NCBI GenBank assembly: GCA_947382485.1
Contig: CANCYS010000004.1
Coordinates: forward strand, 6,385 to 70,384
Direction of reading: 5' to 3'
DNA length: 64,000 nt
Source: an uncultured Clostridia bacterium
GTDB lineage: Bacteria > Bacillota > Clostridia > Christensenellales > UBA1242
The translations under genes were made by a program, and so were the position numbers. The notes under the pieces were generated by a model, which worked only from the letters and a program-made list of their open reading frames with translations, made no database searches and was not told the origin of the DNA. Below are positions 45,105 through 52,591 of the stretch, piece after piece. Position 1 is the first letter of the stretch, and every line of letters starts with the position of its first letter.

Positions 45105-46229
45105 ATGGAAGATATTGAAGCAAGAGAATATGTCACATTAAAGGCACTTTCTGAGAAAATCATCTCAGGAGTTTCGCCAGCGATAGCAAAAGTAACAAAG
45201 GTGATAGAAAAGTTCGTCACTGAAATTGACATGCTTGAAAAGCAACTCGAAAATTCTGTTGACATAAAAGAAATCAATAAGCTTTCAAAACAATCCCAAG
45301 AAAAAAGAGATGAACTTATCAAGTTTCTTGCAATAAAAAATAGATTAGATATGTTTGTTTCGCGAAATAAATCAAGGATAGAATATTTTAAAGAAATTTT
45401 AAAAGTTGAAGCAATTTATCAAGAAACTTTTGATAAAAAAGCATTGCAAAAACTAGAAGATAGTGAACTTGAAAACATTTCAGAACATTCATTAAATTTA
45501 AACAAAAATCAAAGCGTTCCAATGCCAAAATATGTAGCAGGAAAAATTTTGTATTTCAAAGGACAAACCTTAGATTTGTCAATCCCAGAAAATAAAGAAA
45601 TCATTTTAAGTGTAGATGCCGACTATTTAAGACAACTCATTTCAATGTTTCCAAAGTCAGTATCAACAATTTCAGCTGATGAACTTGTAAAGGTAAAGTT
45701 CAAGCAAATGCTGTTAAAAGAAATTGCGTTCTATGTTCATAGTAGGTTAAAAGATAAAGACATCAGAGAAATAAATGCAGATTTAGGTGATTTGTTAAGT
45801 TTCAGAAATGAAATAACAAACACTTTCGAAGGTTATGTTGCAGGCGTTCAAAACATGTTTAATTATATAGTTAAAAACTATGTAAAAGAAAAACTCCCTG
45901 AAAGGTTTGAAGAAATTGACAAAAAACTTAAATGTAATGAAGATTCTTCTCTCATTCCAGAGCATAGAAAGAAAATCAGTGTAGTTGTTCCAGTGATTGA
46001 AGTTGATGAAAAAATCGAGGTTGAAACTGAAATCGTTGAACCAGAGTATGAAGAAAAACAAGAAGGCACCAGAAAGTCAATGGTCAGCAAAGAACTCACC
46101 GAAATTTATGGTGGAGAAACTTCTCCAAAGAAAGAACCTGAAGAAAAAGAAGATGACGGCATGGTTGAAGGATTAAGCAAAGAAATTTTAGAACTATACG
46201 GTATTGATGTTGCTGGTGATGAGGAATAA
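45105..46229 (+). CDS. hypothetical coiled-coil protein with an acidic C-terminus
   Basis: Start taken at ATG 45105 (MEDIEAREY); the track start is TTG 45084. 374 aa. A repeated C-terminal motif (SKELTEIYGGE / SKEILELYGID). No family recognised. Confidence 0.55.
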   Translation: MEDIEAREYVTLKALSEKIISGVSPAIAKVTKVIEKFVTEIDMLEKQLENSVDIKEINKLSKQSQEKRDELIKFLAIKNRLDMFVSRNKSRIEYFKEILKVEAIYQETFDKKALQKLEDSELENISEHSLNLNKNQSVPMPKYVAGKILYFKGQTLDLSIPENKEIILSVDADYLRQLISMFPKSVSTISADELVKVKFKQMLLKEIAFYVHSRLKDKDIREINADLGDLLSFRNEITNTFEGYVAGVQNMFNYIVKNYVKEKLPERFEEIDKKLKCNEDSSLIPEHRKKISVVVPVIEVDEKIEVETEIVEPEYEEKQEGTRKSMVSKELTEIYGGETSPKKEPEEKEDDGMVEGLSKEILELYGIDVAGDEE

Positions 46230-46231
46230 AA

Positions 46232-46558
46232 ATGGAACAAGTAAAATTAGTTGAACAATTTGAAAAAGAGTATTACGCTGAGGCGTCAGAAACCAAAGTC
46301 ACGGTTGATGAACTCAAACATTTTGGGGTAAACAACAAAACTCTTTCAAGTGAAGTATATTTAATTTCCAAATTTGGAAATGAAATAGTAAAACATAATT
46401 TTGTTGATGACTTTGATGAAAATGTTGAAGGTATAGTGTCAGGTCTTGATGAAAGTGACATTATTTCCAGCAAACAGTTCACAGAAGTTTTAAATGAAAT
46501 TGAAAAATCATCGTTTGATGAAAATCTTGACACAGCGATAGGTGGAATAGAGTTGTAA
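46232..46558 (+). CDS. hypothetical acidic protein
   Basis: 108 aa. Starts 2 nt after the upstream stop; its stop overlaps the next start (TAATG). Confidence 0.5.
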   Translation: MEQVKLVEQFEKEYYAEASETKVTVDELKHFGVNNKTLSSEVYLISKFGNEIVKHNFVDDFDENVEGIVSGLDESDIISSKQFTEVLNEIEKSSFDENLDTAIGGIEL

Positions 46559-47088
46559 TGAAACAAAATTTATTGGTAGTGAGTTATGATTATGATTTGA
46601 CAAGGCAAATATCTGCAAAACTTGCAGATGAGTTTTCCATGCGAATTTTTGATCAAAGAGAACTTTTCGAGTTCGACCACATACCAAGAACATTCAGCGA
46701 CGTTGTAAAACTCAATGGAAAAGAATATGTGCAAAGAAAATATAGGTCAATTTTAAAGATGGAACTAGATTTTGATAACGCACTTTTTGTAGCCGATAGT
46801 TCGTTTGCTGAAAATTGTTTTGACCTTTTTTATAAAATAAAACTCAGCAATTTCGTTGTTTTTTTGTTTAAAGACATAAAGCAAGAAATGAAAGAAATTT
46901 CAGAAAAAAAATACAAAAACAAATTTTGTGAAGAGTTTTATAAATGTGATGAAGTCACCCTTGCAAAAAGAGAATATCTAATAAAAAATGACTGTGCCGA
47001 CATTTGCATAGATGTCAGCAATCTGTCAGAAGATGAAATTGCTGCCAAAGTAAAGTTAGAAATGATGCATTTTTACTCAGAGTATTAA
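46558..47088 (+). CDS. shikimate-kinase/P-loop-NMP-kinase-like protein lacking the Walker A motif (putative pseudokinase)
   Basis: 176 aa. LLVVSYDYDLTRQISAKLADEFSMRIFDQRELFE is collinear with the aroK N-terminus (LIGFMGSGKST.G..LA..L....D.D..IE), but GxxGxGKS is replaced by SYDYDLTR. Confidence 0.45.
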   Translation: MKQNLLVVSYDYDLTRQISAKLADEFSMRIFDQRELFEFDHIPRTFSDVVKLNGKEYVQRKYRSILKMELDFDNALFVADSSFAENCFDLFYKIKLSNFVVFLFKDIKQEMKEISEKKYKNKFCEEFYKCDEVTLAKREYLIKNDCADICIDVSNLSEDEIAAKVKLEMMHFYSEY

Positions 47089-47102
47089 TTTTCAAAAAAC
47101 AT

Positions 47103-47131
47103 TTGAGTTCATAAAAAATTCTTGTTATAAT
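47103..47131 (+). promoter_or_regulatory. sigma-70 type promoter (extended -10)
   Basis: TTGAGT (47103-47108), 17-nt spacer, TGtTATAAT (47123-47131). Confidence 0.6.
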
Positions 47132-47167
47132 ATAAGTGGTTAAAGATTTAACCAAAGGAGAATTGTT

Positions 47168-47389
47168 ATGAAACTCTATGACGCAGATTACATTATCAGA
47201 AAAAACAATGAGTATGAAGAACAGAGAATTTATAACAGTCCCGCAGAAGTCAAACTCAGAAACATGATTGCCGAAGCCACCAGACTTTGTGCCATTCAAA
47301 ATGAAAAATGTCGCTTGCAAAAAGAAAAACTTGAAGCACGAAAAAGAGAAAAGGAGATGGCAGTTGAAGCAACCAGCATGGGAATGTAA
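47168..47389 (+). CDS. hypothetical small helical protein
   Basis: 73 aa, AAAGGAG RBS, own promoter; charged coiled-coil-like C-terminal half. Confidence 0.45.
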   Translation: MKLYDADYIIRKNNEYEEQRIYNSPAEVKLRNMIAEATRLCAIQNEKCRLQKEKLEARKREKEMAVEATSMGM

Positions 47390-47441
47390 AATAAAATTCT
47401 CTTAAATACAAGGGGGATTTTTGGGCATTTTAATATAAAAC

Positions 47442-47466
47442 AAAAACACCATTTGGTGTTTTTTAT
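47442..47466. terminator. bidirectional terminator (AAACACC/GGTGTTT stem)
   Basis: AAACACC-ATTT-GGTGTTT with flanking A/T runs. Overlaps the stop of the minus gene. Confidence 0.75.
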
Positions 47467-47714
47467 TTATCATTTTTAATTAAATAACGAATAAGTTTTT
47501 TCTGTTTAATAGCAAATAATTTCTCTTGTTTTTGTTGAAACATACGAAAGGTTTTCAGTTGCACAGGATTAAGCGATTCTTCAAAAACAACTTTAACAGT
47601 TTTAGTTTGAAATTCAACTTTTTTTATGTTTTCATAGTTATCATCTGTGTTCAAAAATTCTCTGTAAGTCTTGTTTACAAAGTTTGTTCTTTCATTTGTT
47701 GTCTTAAATTTCAT
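47463..47714 (-). CDS. small hypothetical protein, module 1 (paralog of 48076-48333)
   Basis: 83 aa, AAGGAG RBS. Shares ENIKKVEF...SLNPVQLKTF...KQEKL...IRYLI with the module-2 protein. Confidence 0.6.
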   Translation of the reverse strand: MKFKTTNERTNFVNKTYREFLNTDDNYENIKKVEFQTKTVKVVFEESLNPVQLKTFRMFQQKQEKLFAIKQKKLIRYLIKNDK

Positions 47715-47741
47715 AAAAACTCCTTTGTGTATTAATTAGAT

Positions 47742-47770
47742 ATTATAATCTTACAGTTGTGAGAATGCAA
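47742..47770 (-). promoter_or_regulatory. promoter of the module-1 small gene, with an operator-like palindrome in the spacer
   Basis: On the minus strand: TTGCAT (47770-47765), 17-nt spacer, TATAAT (47747-47742). The spacer holds the imperfect 7-4-7 palindrome ATCTTAC-AGTT-GTGAGAA (47748-47765). Confidence 0.5.
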
Positions 47771-47788
47771 ATATTTATCTAACTTTTG

Positions 47789-47797
47789 TGAGATAAT
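47789..47797 (+). promoter_or_regulatory. extended -10 element (TGaGATAAT) positioned to give a leaderless XRE mRNA
   Basis: The hexamer GATAAT ends 6 nt before ATG 47804. No SD sequence lies upstream of the ATG. Confidence 0.45.
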
Positions 47798-47803
47798 TTA
47801 GTT

Positions 47804-48010
47804 ATGGAAAACAAATTTAAAGAAGTTTTTAAAAGTCTAAGGACAGAAAAGCACCTTGGTCAAGTTGAATTATCAAAAGAAATTGGAGTCAGTTCAGGAA
47901 TCATCAGCATGTGGGAAAATGGAAAAAGAGAACCAAACATGGAATCATTAATAATGATTGCAGAATATTTTGGCGTCACCATTGATTATCTTGTCGGAAG
48001 AGAAAATTAA
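47804..48010 (+). CDS. XRE-family HTH transcriptional regulator, module 1
   Basis: 68 aa. LRTEKHLGQVELSKEIGVSSGIISMWENGKREP; ends TIDYLVGREN. Confidence 0.85.
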   Translation: MENKFKEVFKSLRTEKHLGQVELSKEIGVSSGIISMWENGKREPNMESLIMIAEYFGVTIDYLVGREN

Positions 48011-48064
48011 TTTTTTTCATGGTAAAAATGCCATGAATTATAATCTTGAAAACATATAATTTTA

Positions 48065-48088
48065 GAAACACCATGCTAGGTGTTTTTA
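48065..48088. terminator. bidirectional terminator (AAACACC/GGTGTTT stem)
   Basis: AAACACC-ATGCTA-GGTGTTT plus a T-run. Overlaps the stop of the minus gene. Confidence 0.7.
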
Positions 48089-48333
48089 ATTTTATCCAAA
48101 ACAAATTCAATCAATTCTCTTTGTCTAATTTCATTCAATTTTTTTTGGTAATTACTAATTTTTTTAAACATTTCCAATTTTTCAGGTGAAAGCGAAGACA
48201 TAAGCATAATTCTAGAAATATTAATTTTGAATTCAATACTTCTCAAATTTTCAGATTTGTTCTGGTCACTATTGAACTTATCTTGAATCGAACGCACAAG
48301 TTTATTCTTTTCTTTAACTGACAAATTTTCCAT
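48076..48333 (-). CDS. small hypothetical protein, module 2 (paralog of 47463-47714)
   Basis: Start moved to ATG 48333 (MENLSVKEKN) after the AGGAGGGTG RBS; the track start 48399 would run through the promoter region. 85 aa. Confidence 0.6.
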   Translation of the reverse strand: MENLSVKEKNKLVRSIQDKFNSDQNKSENLRSIEFKINISRIMLMSSLSPEKLEMFKKISNYQKKLNEIRQRELIEFVLDKIKNT

Positions 48334-48355
48334 ACACCCTCCTAAGTTTATATTA

Positions 48356-48384
48356 ATTATATTCTTACAATAGTAAGAAAACAA
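48356..48384 (-). promoter_or_regulatory. promoter of the module-2 small gene, with a perfect palindrome in the spacer
   Basis: On the minus strand: TTGTTT (48384-48379), 17-nt spacer, TATAAT (48361-48356). The spacer holds TTCTTAC-AATA-GTAAGAA (48362-48379). Confidence 0.5.
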
Positions 48385-48402
48385 ATAAATCTCTAACATT
48401 TG

Positions 48403-48411
48403 TGAGATAAT
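48403..48411 (+). promoter_or_regulatory. extended -10 element (TGaGATAAT) positioned to give a leaderless XRE mRNA
   Basis: Same motif and the same 6-nt distance to ATG 48418 as in module 1. No SD sequence. Confidence 0.45.
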
Positions 48412-48417
48412 TTTTAT

Positions 48418-48624
48418 ATGGAAAACAAATTTAAAAATATTTTTAGAGATTTAAGAATTGAAAGAAAGATATCACAAAACAAACTTGCAGATGCCCTTAA
48501 AGTAAGCGTTGCAATCATAAGTTTCTGGGAAAATGGACTTCGTGAGCCAACTATGTATTCTTTGATAATAATTGCGGATTTCTTTGGAGTAACCATTGAT
48601 TATTTAGTTGGAAGAGAAAATTAA
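48418..48624 (+). CDS. XRE-family HTH transcriptional regulator, module 2
   Basis: 68 aa. By my count, 43 of 68 residues are identical to the module-1 regulator, including identical N- and C-termini (MENKFK..., GVTIDYLVGREN). Confidence 0.85.
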   Translation: MENKFKNIFRDLRIERKISQNKLADALKVSVAIISFWENGLREPTMYSLIIIADFFGVTIDYLVGREN

Positions 48625-48650
48625 AACACCTCAGGGTGTTTTTATTTTTA
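48623..48650 (+). terminator. rho-independent terminator
   Basis: AACACC-TCAG-GGTGTT plus a T-run. Confidence 0.75.
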
Positions 48651-48900
48651 TAGAATATCAGTTAATAAAAGTATGTGATTTATTAAATTTAAAAATAGAA
48701 GATTTTATTAATAAAGATAAATAATTTTAAAATTTATTTTTAAAAACCTGTCACACTTTGGCTCAAAACATAAAATCAAGTGTTATACTAAGTGTGAGCA
48801 CGGAGGGGTGGTTATTGCAAGAAGGAGGGTGTAAAATCGCCAACAAAAATAAAATAAATATTGATGTTATGCAATTTTTGTCAGCCAAAAAATTTCAAGT

Positions 48901-48932
48901 AAAAAATCCAAGACATATTGTCTTGGATTTTT
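48901..48932. terminator. bidirectional terminator downstream of nifJ
   Basis: A6-TCCAAGACA-TAT-TGTCTTGGA-T5, a 10-bp stem. Confidence 0.8.
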
Positions 48933-48943
48933 ATATTCTAATA

Positions 48944-51900
48944 TTATTTCTTATCAGTTTGAGATGCTTCTGAAAGTCTTTCAATAACACCTTTTGCATG
49001 TTCTTTCGCACTAGAAATAAGTTTTGTTGATTCTTCTTGGTTAACTCTTGCAAGTGTGAAATATCTAGACTGTGTACTTGTAAATTCTTCATATTCTTTG
49101 TTTGGAAGTTTTTCATCAAATGTGAGTTTACCAGTATCAGGATTATATCTGTAAATTGGCCAATAACCTGTCTCAACTGCAAGTTTTTCTTGTTGTTGTG
49201 ATTTGCTCATATCACTTCCGTGGTTAATGCAAGGGCAGTAGCAAATAACGATTGATGGGCCAACATGTTCTTTTGCTTCCTTGATTGCAGTGATAGTTGC
49301 TTGTGGATTCGCACCCATGGCAACTTGTGCAACATAAACATTTGGATATTGTCTTGCAATAGCACCAAGGTCTTTCTTTTGAGTTTTCTTACCAGATGCA
49401 GCAAACTTAGCGACAGAACCTTTTGGAGTAGCCTTTGAAGCCTGACCACCAGTGTTAGAGTAAACTTCTGTGTCAAGAACTAAAATGTTCACATCTTCAC
49501 CAGTTGCAAGCACATGGTCAAGACCACCGTAGTCAATATCATAAGCCCAACCATCACCACCAATAATCCAAACAGAGTTTTCAAATAAACTTGAAACAAG
49601 TGAATAGATTGCTTTTGTGGTTTCATCATTTTTATTGTTGTTATAAAGATTTGTAATAGTTTGTTTAATTTCAAGAGCAAGTGTTTTTTCTTTCTTTTCT
49701 TGTGAAAGCCAAGTTTCAAGTTTAGAGGTTAATGAACCATCAAAAACTTTGTTTTGCACTGCACTTTCAATAATCTTTGTTAAATGTTTTCTGTTGTTGT
49801 CAACTGCCTTTTTCATACCAAGTCCAAATTCTGCGTTGTCTTCAAACAAACTGTTTGACCAAGCAGGTCCAAAGCCGTCTTTTGACTTTGTGTAAGGGCA
49901 GGTAGGTGCAGTTCCAGAGTAAATGCTTGAACAACCTGTTGCGTTTGCAACAATCATTTCTTCGCCATAAAGTTGAGTTAAAAGTTTAATGTATGGTGTT
50001 TCACCACATCCAGCGCAAGCACCAGAAAATTCAAATAAAGGTTTTTCAAATTGGCTACCTTTAATAGTTTCTTTTTTAAAGATTGTTGGAACATTTTCAA
50101 CGTCTTTAAGTTTTTCATAAAGTTTGTCTTCTTCATCCAAAATATCTTCTGCTTTCACCATTTCAAGAGCCTTTTGAACTGCTGGACAAACATGAACGCA
50201 GTTTTCACAGCCAGTGCAATCTCTTGGAGAAATTTGAATTTTAAATGAATATCCAGGAACTCCAAGTGCAGGGATTGCACCAACAGCTTTTGCAAGTTCA
50301 CTGTCTGTTTTAACAAGGTATGGACGAATAACAGCGTGTGGGCAAACAAGAGAGCATTGGTTGCATTGAATGCAGTGTTCTTTAATCCATTTAGGAAGCA
50401 TTGTTGCAATATTTCTCTTTTCATATTTGCTTGTTCCAGTGTGAGATGAACCAGTAACTTCAAAACTTGAAACAGGAAGTTCGTTTCCAAGTTTAAGTTC
50501 AATTGGACGAATGTAATCTTTGTAATATGGGTCATCAATAGGATTAAATTCAGGCTCGCTGATTGCATCTGCCCAAGTTTTTGGATAATTCACTTCTCTA
50601 AGTTCTTTTAAAGAACTGTCGATTGCAGTGATGTTCATTTGAACAACCTTTTCACCTTTGCTTGCATAAGTTTTTGCAGCAGCAGTTTTAATGTGTGAAA
50701 TTGCTGTATCAACATCTAAAATTTTAGAAAGTGCAAAGAATGCGGTTTGCATAACAACATTAATTCTTCTGTTCAAACCAACTTGCTCAGCAACTTTTTC
50801 TGCATCAATAATGAAAAATTTAAGTTTCTTTTTAGCAATAAATCTTTTCATTGAAGCAGGAAGATTGTTGTTTAGTTCTTCATCAGTCCAAGGAGCGTTC
50901 AAAAGGAATGTACCACCATTCTTGATTGAACTAAGCATATCATATTTTGAAACATAACTTTTATTGTGGCAAGCAACAAAATCAGGGTGATTTGTTAAAT
51001 ATGGAGCATTGATAGGATTTTTAGACATTCTAAGATGGCTGATTGTAAGTCCACCAGATTTTTTGCTGTCGTAAACAAAATAACCTTGTCCGTAAAGTCC
51101 AGCATATTCGCTGATAATTTTTATGCTGTTTTTGTTAGCAGAAACTGTTCCGTCACTGCCAAGACCATAAAATCTGCATTCAACTGTGTTTTCGTCATCA
51201 AAGTCAAGTTTAAGTTTGTTTGATGGAAGGGAAGTTTTTGTAACATCGTCAACAATTCCAACAGTGAAATGATTTTTAGGTTTTTCAAGATTTGAATTTT
51301 CATAAATTGAAATAACATGTTCATGAGTAAACTCTTTGCAAGAAAGACCATATCTTCCACCAATCACACGAATACCAGTTATACCTTCTTCGTTTAAAGC
51401 TGAAATAACATCTTGTGCAAGAGGTTCATAAGTTGCACCACATTCTTTTGTTCTGTCAAGAACAGAAATAATTTTTGTAGTCTTTGGAAGTGCAGACACA
51501 AAATGTTTAACGCTAAATGGTCTGTAAAGACGAACTTTAATTGCACCAACCTTGTGTCCGTTTTGTGCCATTTTTTCAACTGCTTGTACAACAGTATCAG
51601 CACCAGAACCCATAGCCACAATAACACTAGTAGCATCAGATGCACCATAATATTCAAATAATTTGTATTTTCTACCAGTTGCTTTTGCAACATCTGCTAA
51701 AACTTTTTCAAAATATTTAGGAACAGCATCAATATATTTGTTGATTGCTTCTCTGTTTTGGAAGAAGATGTCTTCGCCTTGGCTAGTTCCTTTTTGAATT
51801 GGATTAGAAGGTGTGAATTCATTTGTTCTTTCATAAATGTTGCCTTGTGCTTCTGCAAGTGCTTTTACAGTAAAATCTTCAATAGGTGTTATTGTGTTAA

Positions 51901-52453
51901 CTTCATGAGATGTTCTAAATCCGTCAAAAAAGTGAACGAAAGGAACTCTTGAAACAGTTGTTGCAAGGTGTGATGCAAGAGCCATGTCTTGTGCTTCTTG
52001 AACACTTGAAGATGCAACCATAGCAAATCCAGTTTGTCTAACACCCATAACATCGCTGTGGTCACCAAAAATTGAAAGGGCATGAGTTGCAATTGTTCTT
52101 GCTGCAACGTGTATAACGCAAGGAAGTAGTTCACCTGCAATTTTATACATGTTAGGAATCATCAACAAAAGTCCTTGTGAAGATGTGAAAGTTGTTGCAC
52201 GAGAGCCTGCTGTGAGTGCTCCGTGAAGTGCACCTGCTGCACCACCTTCTGATTGCATTTCAGTCACTTCAACTTCGTTGCCCCAAATATTCTTTTTTCC
52301 TTTTGCACCCCATTGGTCAATATTCTCGGCCATTGGAGATGATGGTGTGATTGGGTAGATAAGTGCAAGGTCACTAAGCATATACGCCATACTAGCAGCG
52401 GCGGTATTTCCGTCAATAGTTACATGATTTTCTTGTTTCATATTTAACTCCAT
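48944..52453 (-). CDS. nifJ: pyruvate:ferredoxin (flavodoxin) oxidoreductase
   Basis: 1169 aa single-chain PFOR. Two 4Fe-4S ferredoxin motifs (CIQCNQCSLVCP, CTGCENCVHVCP) and a TPP-binding GGDGWAYDIG-like motif (GGDGWAYDIDYG). Confidence 0.93.
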   Translation of the reverse strand: MELNMKQENHVTIDGNTAAASMAYMLSDLALIYPITPSSPMAENIDQWGAKGKKNIWGNEVEVTEMQSEGGAAGALHGALTAGSRATTFTSSQGLLLMIPNMYKIAGELLPCVIHVAARTIATHALSIFGDHSDVMGVRQTGFAMVASSSVQEAQDMALASHLATTVSRVPFVHFFDGFRTSHEVNTITPIEDFTVKALAEAQGNIYERTNEFTPSNPIQKGTSQGEDIFFQNREAINKYIDAVPKYFEKVLADVAKATGRKYKLFEYYGASDATSVIVAMGSGADTVVQAVEKMAQNGHKVGAIKVRLYRPFSVKHFVSALPKTTKIISVLDRTKECGATYEPLAQDVISALNEEGITGIRVIGGRYGLSCKEFTHEHVISIYENSNLEKPKNHFTVGIVDDVTKTSLPSNKLKLDFDDENTVECRFYGLGSDGTVSANKNSIKIISEYAGLYGQGYFVYDSKKSGGLTISHLRMSKNPINAPYLTNHPDFVACHNKSYVSKYDMLSSIKNGGTFLLNAPWTDEELNNNLPASMKRFIAKKKLKFFIIDAEKVAEQVGLNRRINVVMQTAFFALSKILDVDTAISHIKTAAAKTYASKGEKVVQMNITAIDSSLKELREVNYPKTWADAISEPEFNPIDDPYYKDYIRPIELKLGNELPVSSFEVTGSSHTGTSKYEKRNIATMLPKWIKEHCIQCNQCSLVCPHAVIRPYLVKTDSELAKAVGAIPALGVPGYSFKIQISPRDCTGCENCVHVCPAVQKALEMVKAEDILDEEDKLYEKLKDVENVPTIFKKETIKGSQFEKPLFEFSGACAGCGETPYIKLLTQLYGEEMIVANATGCSSIYSGTAPTCPYTKSKDGFGPAWSNSLFEDNAEFGLGMKKAVDNNRKHLTKIIESAVQNKVFDGSLTSKLETWLSQEKKEKTLALEIKQTITNLYNNNKNDETTKAIYSLVSSLFENSVWIIGGDGWAYDIDYGGLDHVLATGEDVNILVLDTEVYSNTGGQASKATPKGSVAKFAASGKKTQKKDLGAIARQYPNVYVAQVAMGANPQATITAIKEAKEHVGPSIVICYCPCINHGSDMSKSQQQEKLAVETGYWPIYRYNPDTGKLTFDEKLPNKEYEEFTSTQSRYFTLARVNQEESTKLISSAKEHAKGVIERLSEASQTDKK

Positions 52454-52591
52454 GTTACTTTAAATTTTGTGCAAAAATAATATTTTATGCACACTAATTA
52501 AATTATAGATTTAAAAAATATTTAAGTCAAATATTAATTAAACTAAAAATTAATATTGCACGATTATAAAATAATGTGTTATTATCATTTT

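Noticed and set aside
48758-48973. 71-aa plus-strand ORF (TTG start) in the spacer beside nifJ
   Set aside because: It reads through the strong bidirectional terminator hairpin (48901-48932) and into the antisense of the nifJ 3' end. It has no canonical start after the SD-like motifs. The region is kept as a possible RNA element instead.
52468-52493. TGTGCA...TGCACA inverted repeat in the nifJ 5' region as a Rex/CRP-FNR-type operator
   Set aside because: The spacing (14 nt between half-sites) and the half-site sequence do not fit the Rex or CRP/FNR consensus as I recall them. It is more simply a bulged 5' UTR hairpin in AT-rich DNA.
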